A stretch of DNA of 64,000 nt, taken from positions 391 through 64,390 of IMG/VR virus record IMGVR_UViG_3300036944_001066. The stretch is one strand, 5' to 3'. This stretch comes from a virus (taxonomy: Duplodnaviria; Caudoviricetes). The notes below the pieces were generated by a model. That model was not told the origin of the DNA. It saw nothing but the letters and a program-made list of their open reading frames with translations, and did not search any database. Below are positions 28,440-37,518 of the stretch, in pieces. Every line of letters begins with the position of its first letter. Position 1 is the first letter of the stretch. Made by a program: the position numbers and the translations under genes.

Positions 28440-28873
28440 CACTTCACCTCCCGCTCCACATCGAGCGCGCGGAAAAGTGCCAGCAAAATAGCGATCGGTG
28501 CGGTTCCGACACGCTGCTCTTCGCCATCGACGATCTTGGTACAGAATAGCTGACATCTCGGCCCTTTAAGCCGCGCCATCCATCCGCCCTTTGATTGGCG
28601 CTTGAACAGTTGCAGATCCCAATCGGGCAGCATCCGTTCTACAAGGGCAATGGCGGCATCGATGGAGGCGGTGCATTCGTCAGGTATGAGAAATGTATAG
28701 CCTCCAAACCCGCCCAAATACCATGTATCAGATCGCTCACCCCATGCGTCCGTTTCCATAAACATCGCTTCCATTGGCATGCTACCAACGGCCATAGCGA
28801 TTAGGCCATTTAGTCTCGGGTCCGGCTCCGTCGCCTTCTCCAGGCGCTCAATAATATCCTGAAACTTGCTCAT
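28439..28873 (-). CDS. Hypothetical phage protein
   Basis: IERLEKATEPD...TASIDAAIALVERMLP...AILLAL motif. Confidence 0.7.
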   Translation of the reverse strand: MSKFQDIIERLEKATEPDPRLNGLIAMAVGSMPMEAMFMETDAWGERSDTWYLGGFGGYTFLIPDECTASIDAAIALVERMLPDWDLQLFKRQSKGGWMARLKGPRCQLFCTKIVDGEEQRVGTAPIAILLALFRALDVEREVK

Positions 28874-29133
28874 ATCGGTCTCTCCGGTCTCCGGCTCCAG
28901 CCTTTTTCATTGTCGCTTTTCGCGCCGCGGTAAATGGCCCATTTATCTACCGTCGGCGAGGATTCTATGCCGTCGCGCCGCAGCCAGTAAAAGAACGTCT
29001 CGTCTCGATCGAGCATCAACGCATAGCCGTCTGGCATCTGCACGATGCCGAGGCTCTTACTCACATCAGTGCAGCCCATCGACACGTGATCGGCAACGAC
29101 GGCGGCCATGACCTCGGCGCGGTCATCCATCAC
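28870..29133 (-). CDS. Hypothetical protein
   Basis: Coupled ORF. Confidence 0.55.
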   Translation of the reverse strand: MMDDRAEVMAAVVADHVSMGCTDVSKSLGIVQMPDGYALMLDRDETFFYWLRRDGIESSPTVDKWAIYRGAKSDNEKGWSRRPERPI

Positions 29134-29849
29134 TTCCCCTTCCTCTGTTCGTTCAACCGATGGAGCCGCAGCGCTGCGGCACTGCCGGCGTGATGCTTCG
29201 CGGCTTCTGCCGCCTTCAACTGCCCCAGCGTCCCAACTCTGACGTCGTGGCGCATTTCGTTGAAGGTGCGAGCCTGCTTGTCGTGCCAGTCTGCGACAAC
29301 ATCGAACGGATCTCTTCCTACGTCAGCCGCTTCGCCGGCGCCCATAATGGCTGAGACTACGTCCATGATGCGACCTGGCCCGCATCCATACTCGCCGCAG
29401 CCTTCGCCAGTTTTCTCCAACCCTTCCTTCAATCTGCGGATGGCGGCACCGACGATGTGAGCGTGGCTAGGAAGCTCGTAGACATTTGCGGCCTCTGCCA
29501 CCGCCGCTGCGCTCTCAAGCGCCGCCGCAAGCCTCGCCTCCAACTCCCTCACCTGCCGCCGTAACCGGCAGACTTCCGGCAGGTGCGAGTGCGTATCGTC
29601 AATCGCGATGCCCTTGGCGGCCGATGCCTTAACGGCGCATGGCCCGCATCGAACGCGGTCGCCAAACTCGAAGCAGGAATCAGGGTCAGGGCATACCCCG
29701 ATAACATCGCCTCTCTTGTCGACATCGCAAAGTGCCTGGCGCCCGATGTGCGGGCAGTGCCCGACGTGCATGCCGCCTTGCTCGGCCGACCATAACGCAG
29801 CGAACGGCACCGGCATCGCGCCATAACGGAGAATGTTCGCCTGCATCAT
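29130..29849 (-). CDS. Mosaic hypothetical protein
   Basis: Coupled ORF, RBS GAGGGG. Confidence 0.55.
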   Translation of the reverse strand: MMQANILRYGAMPVPFAALWSAEQGGMHVGHCPHIGRQALCDVDKRGDVIGVCPDPDSCFEFGDRVRCGPCAVKASAAKGIAIDDTHSHLPEVCRLRRQVRELEARLAAALESAAAVAEAANVYELPSHAHIVGAAIRRLKEGLEKTGEGCGEYGCGPGRIMDVVSAIMGAGEAADVGRDPFDVVADWHDKQARTFNEMRHDVRVGTLGQLKAAEAAKHHAGSAAALRLHRLNEQRKGK

Positions 29850-30565
29850 TCCGACACCCCCTCCCTCGTTGCGGGTGGTGGGGTGCGCAGTACCAGTACC
29901 GGCACTTCGCGATTTGGGCCGCGTGACGCGATCCTGGCAGCGATCACCATGGCCTCCTCAAGAGTTTTGGCGCGCTCAATGGTCACGCCCTCAGCCATGA
30001 GCCGGCCATTGATGTATCGGTCAAATTCGTAGGTAAGGGCGCGGATCGCGACGGCCAATTTCTCGATAGCCACGGTCTCTGCGCCGACCTGTTTCGCTCG
30101 GGCATAGTCGCGGACTTCGCGCAAGCCCTGGACTACGTGCTTGGCCTCGGCGGCGTGCTTGTCAGCCAGCGCGGCCGCAAGCTCGATACCGTAGGCTACG
30201 GCCTTGGCCTTCTCGTCACGCATCCGCTTCATGCTGTAGCGGGGGCCGTCGTCACCGATCACATGTGTTGAGGGTGTGGGGGCGCCAGCCTTCAGACGCT
30301 CCACCTCGGCCTTCAGCCTCGCAACTTCCTTCTCGGCCGCCAGCGCCCGCCTGAGCTGACTTGGCTCCATCGTGGAGTTTTCGATGACGTTGGCCTTCCA
30401 GGAAGAGAACGTCGCCCAACCTTCGTAAGTAGGGGATTTTCCGGCGGCCTCGGCTCTCGCTCGCTCAAAGTCCTGCAAGATCCGCGCAAGCGGGATAATC
30501 GGCTGTCCTGCGGCCATGCCTTCAAGCATCACCATCTCTTCATACGTGAGATCTGAGAGTTTCAT
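29846..30565 (-). CDS. Mosaic hypothetical protein
   Basis: ATGA-coupled to xis; APTPSTHV linker. Confidence 0.6.
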   Translation of the reverse strand: MKLSDLTYEEMVMLEGMAAGQPIIPLARILQDFERARAEAAGKSPTYEGWATFSSWKANVIENSTMEPSQLRRALAAEKEVARLKAEVERLKAGAPTPSTHVIGDDGPRYSMKRMRDEKAKAVAYGIELAAALADKHAAEAKHVVQGLREVRDYARAKQVGAETVAIEKLAVAIRALTYEFDRYINGRLMAEGVTIERAKTLEEAMVIAARIASRGPNREVPVLVLRTPPPATREGVSE

Positions 30566-30780
30566 GACGGCACCCGCTGGCCGTCCTGAATCCACGCCTC
30601 GATGTCGGAGGAAAGCCAGCGCGTGCATTTCTCGCCGCGGCGGTGCGCCTGCGGGAATTTGCCGTCGCTCATCCACTTATAGATCGTGCTTCGGCCGATT
30701 TTCGTTCGGTCGCTCACTTCGTTGATGTTGAGATATTCCGCCACGATGGGCGATCCGCGTGTTGCGGCTGCGTCGTTCAT
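30562..30780 (-). CDS. AlpA-family excisionase/RDF
   Basis: YLNINEVSDRTKIGRSTIYKWMSDGKFP...WLSSDIEAWI. Confidence 0.9.
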   Translation of the reverse strand: MNDAAATRGSPIVAEYLNINEVSDRTKIGRSTIYKWMSDGKFPQAHRRGEKCTRWLSSDIEAWIQDGQRVPS

Positions 30781-30879
30781 ATCCGGGCTCCTGAAATAGA
30801 GGAAAGGAGCGCTAAAAAGCGCTCGCCCGTGTCCGCATGGACAAACTCGGCCAAATACGGCCAAATGTCAATGCTCGTT

Positions 30880-30990
30880 TTAGGTGGAGCCGATTGCGAT
30901 CCAAATCACGAATATGACCAGCGCAACCGCCAAGTATCTGCCTTGGGGTTTTGCTGCCTGTGTCACGTGTCTGGCCTTAAACCGGCTCAT
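30880..30990 (-). CDS. 36-aa single-TM peptide at the end of the lysis cassette
   Basis: MSRFKARHVTQAAKPQGRYLAVALVIFVIWIAIGST; overlaps the end of the holin gene. Confidence 0.4.
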   Translation of the reverse strand: MSRFKARHVTQAAKPQGRYLAVALVIFVIWIAIGST

Positions 30991-31318
30991 CAACCTTCTC
31001 CGCCTTCAGTTCGTTGCGACGAATCTTCCAGGACGCGAGAATGATTTCGGCGATGACCACTCCGCCGACGCCCATGAGGAAACCTCCTGCGCTGGCGGAA
31101 TGTTCCACGCTGATCGTCAGAACATGCCCCAGCGACCATTGCACAAGGGGCACGCCAATGGGCGCTGTGAAGTATGCCGTCGTGAACCCGACGAACAATT
31201 TTCGTGCGCCAGATCCCCAGCCGCGCCACTCCATTGCGACCGATACCGCGGCACCGGCAAAGCCTGCCAGCGCAATTTCGCCCCGCCCCGAGGCAAGCCA
31301 GTCCCACGGATTGCTCAT
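30977..31318 (-). CDS. Putative holin
   Basis: 3 TM segments, basic C-terminus, in the lysis cassette. Confidence 0.65.
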   Translation of the reverse strand: MSNPWDWLASGRGEIALAGFAGAAVSVAMEWRGWGSGARKLFVGFTTAYFTAPIGVPLVQWSLGHVLTISVEHSASAGGFLMGVGGVVIAEIILASWKIRRNELKAEKVDEPV

Positions 31319-31328
31319 TCGCCTGCCC

Positions 31329-31847
31329 TTAGCGCTTCACACTGCGCAGCAACGTATTGCCGCCCATGTAAAGCCCTGTGTAAACCGTAAAGATCGTGAT
31401 GAAGGTCGCGACATCAAGCCCGATTTCGATCTGAACGCCCGTGCCCATTGCCCACAGAGCGGCATTGATCATCGGCCGCACCATGACATACCAGGCGATG
31501 CAGCCGAGCATCAGCCACATGCCGGCAGGCCGCCACAGCCAGCCGAACCCGCTGTCCTTTTGCATTTCTGCCAGCTGCAGCTTATTGCCTTCGCGCTGCG
31601 CCTCAAGCGCGGCCATCATGATCTGCGGCAGATCACACTCCGCCTGCTGCACTGCGGCTTCCAGCTGCGGCGCCGGCAACGAGGGAAGTTCTTCCGGCTT
31701 TACGCCTGCCTTCTCGGCAATGACGTCAATGACGGTCCCGCCGATCTCGCCGGCAGTGCCACCGACCTGCTTGGTCAGGATTTCCTTGAGGAGCGGCGCA
31801 CCGATGCGCACCGCAGTATCGAGGAGAATTGCTGCGATGGCGCTCAT
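31329..31847 (-). CDS. Holin-like membrane protein (GTA 3TM-holin-like)
   Basis: WRPAGMW...YMGGNTL with two TM segments. Confidence 0.65.
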   Translation of the reverse strand: MSAIAAILLDTAVRIGAPLLKEILTKQVGGTAGEIGGTVIDVIAEKAGVKPEELPSLPAPQLEAAVQQAECDLPQIMMAALEAQREGNKLQLAEMQKDSGFGWLWRPAGMWLMLGCIAWYVMVRPMINAALWAMGTGVQIEIGLDVATFITIFTVYTGLYMGGNTLLRSVKR

Positions 31848-32188
31848 GGTGCCGGCTCCGGTTCGAGATCAGGAATTTCGACAGTCTGCCCGGCGAGCGC
31901 ATGCGTGGTGTCGCCGAGGAACTGGATGCGCCCGTCGGTGACATAGGAATGGCACCGGTGGTGAATGTCTTTTGCTGGGTCGTCGAACTCTTCGGCTTTG
32001 TCGCTCGGTTCGTTCCATGTCACCAGAATGGAGGGCGTGAAGGTCGGCGCTTCCGGATTGCCGTTGTATTCCCAACGGGGGCCGAGCCCGACACCGGTTC
32101 GCACCTGGTGGCGCTCGTTGCAGCCGGGACACCGGAAGAACAGCCGGCCGTCTTCGCCTTGTCGAAGTATGCGGCTTAACGCGCTCAC
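31844..32188 (-). CDS. DUF6527-like metal-binding protein
   Basis: FRCPGC..H, WEYNGN..PTFTPSI, RCHSYVTDGRIQFLGD. Confidence 0.75.
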   Translation of the reverse strand: MSALSRILRQGEDGRLFFRCPGCNERHQVRTGVGLGPRWEYNGNPEAPTFTPSILVTWNEPSDKAEEFDDPAKDIHHRCHSYVTDGRIQFLGDTTHALAGQTVEIPDLEPEPAP

Positions 32189-32991
32189 TCCTCCGCCCCT
32201 TTTTGGACGACAAGCTGAGGGCCGCTGCTGGCAAGCGCGTCATATGCCAAGGCGCGCTCGGCGGCTGCGCGTTTGCGCACGTTGATGACGATCAGCACCA
32301 GGACGAGGATTGCCGCAACACCGCCCATCACCGCGATGGCCGTGTAATAGTCAAAGTCGCTCACAGTCGTCGGCGACGAGGCGGCGACCGCAGAACCGGA
32401 GCCGCTACCAGCAGCGCCGGCGGCAGTAATCTTTTCGGTTCCTGCGGCATTGTTCTTCGCATGGGTCGCGTCAACGGCATGCGCCGCGGCTTCCGTGCGG
32501 ATCACGGTCGGCGTGGCGCCCATGGCGGCCATAGCCATTGCCACGCCGCGCACCTCGATGTCAGCAACGCGACGGCCCCAGCCTTTACCGAACGTTTTCC
32601 AGATCTTCAGGGATTGCATGAAGGACAGGCGGGCGCGGCAGATCTTGCGCACCGTCTCGGAATGATCGTTGGAGCCCATAGCGGCCCAAAGCCATTTCTT
32701 GCCGCGGGAAACGCCCGAATTGACCGACGCATCATAAACGGCAAGATCGACGCCCGGGAACAGGTTCGGCGCACCGCATGCTTCCCAAAATTCGCTGCGA
32801 TAAAAGGTGAGCGCTTGCGCTTTGGTAACATTGCGCACCGGGGAAAGCTTCATCCCCATTTTGCGCTGATACTCGTGCCAGCGCACTTCGGTAATGCCGT
32901 ACATCGTCTTGCCACCGGGGTCGGCGGGATGGTCGCTCCATCCGCCCTCCCATTTGGAGGTGATCGGGTGGCACACTGGAAAACGGTCCAT
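32185..32991 (-). CDS. GH108 endolysin with C-terminal TM segment
   Basis: WEGGWSDHPADPGGKTMYGIT, DASVNSG, FGKGWGRR; RBS AAGGAG. Confidence 0.92.
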   Translation of the reverse strand: MDRFPVCHPITSKWEGGWSDHPADPGGKTMYGITEVRWHEYQRKMGMKLSPVRNVTKAQALTFYRSEFWEACGAPNLFPGVDLAVYDASVNSGVSRGKKWLWAAMGSNDHSETVRKICRARLSFMQSLKIWKTFGKGWGRRVADIEVRGVAMAMAAMGATPTVIRTEAAAHAVDATHAKNNAAGTEKITAAGAAGSGSGSAVAASSPTTVSDFDYYTAIAVMGGVAAILVLVLIVINVRKRAAAERALAYDALASSGPQLVVQKGAEE

Positions 32992-33016
32992 GACGGCGGG
33001 GCTCCTTGGTGAACCC

Positions 33017-33113
33017 GCACGTCCTGCGCAGCAATGTTTTTCATTACCACGCACCGTGTATTGCAACAATCCCGCAAGAAAGGTAATAAGGAAAGAGTAG
33101 GCGCAGGACGTGC
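33017..33113. promoter_or_regulatory. Divergent late promoters, each followed by the GCGCAGGACGTGC hairpin
   Basis: Plus strand: TTGCAA-17-TAATAA then motif 33101-33113. Minus strand: TTGTTG-17-TAATGA then motif 33029-33017. Confidence 0.75.
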
Positions 33114-33138
33114 TAATTTTCCATCAGGAGTTAGCACC

Positions 33139-34236
33139 ATGCCCACAATTGTACCTTTCGGCGATCCGAAGGCACAGAAGAAGTGGTCCGGCCAGTTGAT
33201 GGTCGCCACCATCCAGCAGTCCTACTGGGATCGCCGCTTCATCGGCGAATCCGATGAGAACTGCATCCAGAAGCTCACCGACCTCGAAAGCGCCGCCGGC
33301 GACAAGATCACTTACGATCTGTCCGTCCAGTTGCGCAACAAGCCGACCTACGGCGACAACCGCATGGACGGTTCGGAAGAGGCGCTGAAGTTTTTCACCG
33401 ACGAAGTGAACATCGACCAGATGCGTAAGCCGGTTTCGGCTGGCGGCAAGATGTCGCAGAAGCGCACCGCGCACAATCTGCGCATGATCGGCAAGAAGCG
33501 CCTCGCCGATTACTGGTCTGCCTTCATGGACCAGATGCTGTTCATCTACCTGTCGGGTGCGCGCGGCATCAACCAGAACTTCATCGAAGACACGGCATGG
33601 ACCGGCCACGCGGCCAACCCCATCCAGGCGCCGTCGAGCGACCACATCCTTTACGGTGGCGATGCCACCAGCAAGGCGACGATCGACAGCTCGGACAAGA
33701 TGTCCCGCAACCTGGTTGAACGTGCCGCCGTCGCCGCGACCATGATGGCCGCCACCGACCCCCGCAACGCTCGCCTCCTGCCGCTGAACATCAACGGCGA
33801 GAAGCATTACGTCTGCATTATGTCGACCTTCCAGGAACATGACCTGCGCACGTCCGATACCGCCGGCTGGCTGGAAATCCAGAAAGCGGCGGCGGCGGCC
33901 GAAGGCAAGTCCAATCCGATCTTCAAGGGCGGGCTGGGCATGATCAACAACGTAGTGCTCCACAGCCATGAAGACGCGATCCGCTTCAGCGACTACGGCG
34001 CAAGCTCCAACGCTCCGGCGGCCCGCGCGCTGTTCCTCGGCCGTCAGGCTGGCGTCATCGCATTCGGCGCCGTTGGCGGTTTCCGCTTCCAGTGGACCGA
34101 AGAAACCAAGGACCATGGCAACGAGCACGTCATTGCCGGCGGTCTGATGGTCGGCGCCAAGAAGGCCCGGTTCAACAACCGTGACTTCGGCGTCATGGCC
34201 CTCGACACCTACGCCAAGGATCCGAACGCGGCTTAA
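33139..34236 (+). CDS. Major capsid protein (N4-gp56/DUF4043 family)
   Basis: GDPKAQKKWS, IQKLTDLES.AGD.I.YDL, NPIFKGGLG, RALFLGRQAG. Confidence 0.92.
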   Translation: MPTIVPFGDPKAQKKWSGQLMVATIQQSYWDRRFIGESDENCIQKLTDLESAAGDKITYDLSVQLRNKPTYGDNRMDGSEEALKFFTDEVNIDQMRKPVSAGGKMSQKRTAHNLRMIGKKRLADYWSAFMDQMLFIYLSGARGINQNFIEDTAWTGHAANPIQAPSSDHILYGGDATSKATIDSSDKMSRNLVERAAVAATMMAATDPRNARLLPLNINGEKHYVCIMSTFQEHDLRTSDTAGWLEIQKAAAAAEGKSNPIFKGGLGMINNVVLHSHEDAIRFSDYGASSNAPAARALFLGRQAGVIAFGAVGGFRFQWTEETKDHGNEHVIAGGLMVGAKKARFNNRDFGVMALDTYAKDPNAA

Positions 34237-34275
34237 TCGCCGCGCTCGCCCTCGATCCAATCGGAGAACCTGGCA

Positions 34276-34737
34276 ATGACCATCTTTCAGAGCAAATACG
34301 CAATCGGGCAGCTGGCCACGCCCTATCCTTCGTCGGCTGGCGCCGTCACCGGCAAGCGCTACACCTATGCTGTCGCGGCCGCTCCCGGCGTCGGCGACAT
34401 CATCGAGCTTGCCCCCATCCCGCCCGAATGCCGCATCCTCGACCTGATCCTGACGGCGACGGACATGGATACCAACGACTCCCCCGCCATCGTCTTCGAT
34501 GTCGGCGTCATGAGCGGCGAATGGCAGGATGAATCCCAGTCCCGCACCTGCGGCGCTGAATTCTACTCGGCTTCCACGCTCGCCCAGGCTGGCGGCATGG
34601 CCCGCCCTACTCTGCGCGGTGCGTTCGAAGTGGCGCCCTCCGGCGTCTATCGTTCGATCGGCATCAAGATCACCACCGCCGCGGCAACGTTCGCGGCCGG
34701 CACGTTCGGTCTGACGGTTCTCTTCGCCACCGACTGA
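34276..34737 (+). CDS. Capsid decoration/virion protein
   Basis: Follows MCP; GDIIEL..IP, DMDTN, FDVG. Confidence 0.7.
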   Translation: MTIFQSKYAIGQLATPYPSSAGAVTGKRYTYAVAAAPGVGDIIELAPIPPECRILDLILTATDMDTNDSPAIVFDVGVMSGEWQDESQSRTCGAEFYSASTLAQAGGMARPTLRGAFEVAPSGVYRSIGIKITTAAATFAAGTFGLTVLFATD

Positions 34738-34766
34738 CGCGCCCCCGCAAGCAGTGATGTTTCAAC

Positions 34767-34795
34767 AAGGGGGCGTTTTCATGCGCCCCTTTTTC
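34767..34795 (+). terminator. Rho-independent terminator
   Basis: AGGGGCG...CGCCCCT followed by a T-run. Confidence 0.75.
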
Positions 34796-34811
34796 CTATG
34801 AGAGGTTCAAC

Positions 34812-35198
34812 ATGCCGCTGATCGAATGCAAGCTCGGCCCCACGACGCAGCACGTCGCAGGCACACCCTACACCTTCGAATATGACGAGCACCGCCGGGC
34901 CGTGGCAGAGGTTCACAACCTCGTGCATGTCCAGTGCTTCCTCTCGGTGGAGCACTATCAGGAAGCCCCCGCAACGCCGGCACCGGCGCCCGTGTCTCCC
35001 GACGACATCACCGAACTGCCGTGGTTGCCACGCGCCGGCCTGATCCTTGGCCTTGGCGAAGATGCGGCAGCGTCTGAAGAAGATGGCGAAGGCGCTGGCT
35101 CACAGGACGATTCCGCGCCGGACGATGAAGCCGCCCCCGCAACGCCGGCACCGGCCGCCAAGCCTGCGCGCAAGCCGCGGAGCAAAAAGGCCTCCTGA
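34812..35198 (+). CDS. Hypothetical virion-region protein with duplicated APATPAPA linker
   Basis: RBS GAGG; GCCCCCGCAACGCCGGCACCGGC occurs twice. Confidence 0.7.
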   Translation: MPLIECKLGPTTQHVAGTPYTFEYDEHRRAVAEVHNLVHVQCFLSVEHYQEAPATPAPAPVSPDDITELPWLPRAGLILGLGEDAAASEEDGEGAGSQDDSAPDDEAAPATPAPAAKPARKPRSKKAS

Positions 35199-35899
35199 TG
35201 CTTTCCGCAAAGACCATCATCGATCGCGCCGGCACGTTGCTCCTCGACGAAGACTACGTTCGATGGACCGTGCCGGAACTGGCCGGATGGATTGAGGAAG
35301 GCATTTCTACCATTGTCCTCGTCAAGCCGTCGGCGTCGAGCGGCGCGTTGCAGCTGGATCTCGTATCCGGCACGCGCCAATCCCTGCCCGATGACGAGCA
35401 TGTCCTTCTGATTCTTGACATCCCCCGCAACGTGAATCGTGTCAGTCACGCACCAGGTCGCGCGGTCAAACCTGTGTCGCGCGATAGCCTCGACGCCACG
35501 CAACCGGATTGGCACGATGGAACGAAGGTGCCGTTCAAGTCTGCGGTTCGCCACTTCGTCTATGACGAAGCAATCCCCCGTCTCTTTTACGTCTATCCGG
35601 GCAATGACGGAACAGGATCTGTTGAGGCGCACGTTTCCATCCTGCCGCCTGCCATTTCGACGCTGATAGCTGGTGGCGCTGACGTCGGGCTGCCTGCCAC
35701 GTGGGATGTGGACGTTGGAATTGGCGAGGAATACCAGTCTGCCCTGCTCGACTACGTCATGTACCGCGCCTTCAGTAAAGAAGAGCCGGCCGCAGCGCCG
35801 GGCCGCTCGAATGCATTCTATCAGTCGTTTGCGACAGCACTCGGCATCAAGACGCAGGTCGAAGCCGCGCAGGCGCCCCGCGCCAACAGGAGCAAGTAA
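35198..35899 (+). CDS. Head-tail adaptor (DUF6682-like)
   Basis: LLDEDYVRWTVPEL, GTRQSLP, FYVYP, LLDYVMYRAFSKE. Confidence 0.8.
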   Translation: MLSAKTIIDRAGTLLLDEDYVRWTVPELAGWIEEGISTIVLVKPSASSGALQLDLVSGTRQSLPDDEHVLLILDIPRNVNRVSHAPGRAVKPVSRDSLDATQPDWHDGTKVPFKSAVRHFVYDEAIPRLFYVYPGNDGTGSVEAHVSILPPAISTLIAGGADVGLPATWDVDVGIGEEYQSALLDYVMYRAFSKEEPAAAPGRSNAFYQSFATALGIKTQVEAAQAPRANRSK

Positions 35900-35902
35900 C
35901 CA

Positions 35903-36529
35903 ATGGTGGACATGGTCGACATCGACGACTTTCTTCCAGAGGTGCTGCAGTACGCGCCCGGCGTCTCCGATCCGGTCGCCTTTCGCCATATCATCGCGGT
36001 GGCGCGCGAACTGTGCGAGCGCTGCAAGATCTGGCGCGAGACGGTGACGATCACCATCACCGCGCCAAGCGGACAGGGCCTATCTGTCATCGACAATGCC
36101 GAAATTGACACGATCGAGCATGCGACCATCGACGGGAACCCGCTTGAACCTGTCACAGTGCCTTGGCTTGATGCGAAATACCCCACATGGCAGACATCGA
36201 CCGATGAGGGCGTGGCCAAGTACATCACGCAGACGGAAGAAGACACCATGGCGGTCTATCCCCGTCAGTTTGCTGACGTGTCCGTCCGCCTGATCTTAAA
36301 ACCTGCCCGGAACGTCACCGAACTGCCTGCCCTGCTGCTGCGGTCCTATGCCGAAGAAATCGGTCGCGGCGCGGCTGCACGCCTTCTTGCGCTCCCCACG
36401 GATGCTGCAAACCCGCAACTGGCGCTCGACCACCGCGCATGGTTCCAAGCCCGGCTCGGCGAGCTTTCCGTCAAAGTCACACGCGGACAGCAAAACGCGC
36501 CGCTGCGCACAAAAATGAGGGACTTCTGA
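35903..36529 (+). CDS. Virion adaptor protein
   Basis: FLPEVL..APG, ELCERCKIWRE; position in the tail module. Confidence 0.7.
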   Translation: MVDMVDIDDFLPEVLQYAPGVSDPVAFRHIIAVARELCERCKIWRETVTITITAPSGQGLSVIDNAEIDTIEHATIDGNPLEPVTVPWLDAKYPTWQTSTDEGVAKYITQTEEDTMAVYPRQFADVSVRLILKPARNVTELPALLLRSYAEEIGRGAAARLLALPTDAANPQLALDHRAWFQARLGELSVKVTRGQQNAPLRTKMRDF

Positions 36530-37266
36530 TGGCCGTCAAGCTCGCGAACAACGCCACCAGCACACTGGCCGCACCGATAACCGACACGGGTACCGTTGTT
36601 ACCGTCCAGATCGGCGATGCCGCCAAGTTCCCGGCATTGGGCGCTGGCGAGTGGTTCCCGCTTTCTGTGGTGGATAGCTCGCTCAATCGCGAAATCATGA
36701 TGGTCACGGCAATCAGTGGCGCGAGCCTCACTGTTACCCGCGCGCAAGAGGGCACGATTGCTCTCAGTTTCGCGGCCGGTTCCAAATGCGAATTGCGGGC
36801 GACGGCGGTGGTCTTTACGTCGCTGACAACGATGATCTCCGACCTTCTCACGGACCTGCAAGCGCTCGAAACATCAACGACCGAAGCCCTTGCCGGCAAA
36901 GCCGCCAGTTCGCACACGCATCCGACCTCGCAAGTCACTGGATTGGATGCAGCCCTTGCCGGCAAAGCCGCCAGTTCGCACACGCATCCGACCTCGCAAG
37001 TCACTGGATTGGATGCAGCCCTAGCAAGTAAGCAGGACGCTGCGGCTTTGCCTTGGGCAATCGGTTCCATTGGAACTGGCGGCCCCGGGACATATGCGTT
37101 TGCAGCCTATACCGGCAGCGATGCGCCTCCTGGCTTGTATGTCGGCGGTGGTAGCCTTCACTGGGGCGACCGTAACGGCTACGGAGGAGCGATTGGATAC
37201 GGGACGTGGGCTTGCGCCGGGCAAGCCGCGATCGGGCAAACTACGCTATGGAAAAGGGTTTCGTGA
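36529..37266 (+). CDS. Short tail fibre
   Basis: LANNATSTLA...EIMMVT...TVTRAQEGT anchor; HTH repeats; GTWAC..TTLWKRVS tip. Confidence 0.85.
   Translation: MAVKLANNATSTLAAPITDTGTVVTVQIGDAAKFPALGAGEWFPLSVVDSSLNREIMMVTAISGASLTVTRAQEGTIALSFAAGSKCELRATAVVFTSLTTMISDLLTDLQALETSTTEALAGKAASSHTHPTSQVTGLDAALAGKAASSHTHPTSQVTGLDAALASKQDAAALPWAIGSIGTGGPGTYAFAAYTGSDAPPGLYVGGGSLHWGDRNGYGGAIGYGTWACAGQAAIGQTTLWKRVS
36885..37022. repeat. 66-bp tandem repeat (2 copies) in the tail fibre
   Basis: ALAGKAASSHTHPTSQVTGLDA x2, identical DNA. Confidence 0.95.
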
Positions 37267-37517
37267 TGGCGATTAATGATGCGCTTATCAAATATCGCAA
37301 TGCTCGCTGGGCGACCGCTGATCACGCCACGATTTATGCGGAGATATTCTTGGATAAGGCAGTAAATCCTGCATGGGAAGCCTTGCACGGGCAGTGGGTT
37401 CCTTTCGGCGCATCGCCGCTCGACCCCGAGGGGTATGGCCGCGCTCTTTTCGCCCGCATTGTCGCCGAAGGCGATATCGCCCCTTATGTTCCTCCTGTGA
37501 CAGGATCAGAGGGCTGA
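37266..37517 (+). CDS. Tail fibre assembly chaperone
   Basis: YRNARW...WVPFGASPLDPEGYGRALF...IAPYVPP. Confidence 0.75.
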   Translation: MAINDALIKYRNARWATADHATIYAEIFLDKAVNPAWEALHGQWVPFGASPLDPEGYGRALFARIVAEGDIAPYVPPVTGSEG

Positions 37518-37518
37518 T

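Noticed and set aside
33124-34260. 378-aa minus-strand ORF
   Set aside because: Antisense shadow of the major capsid gene
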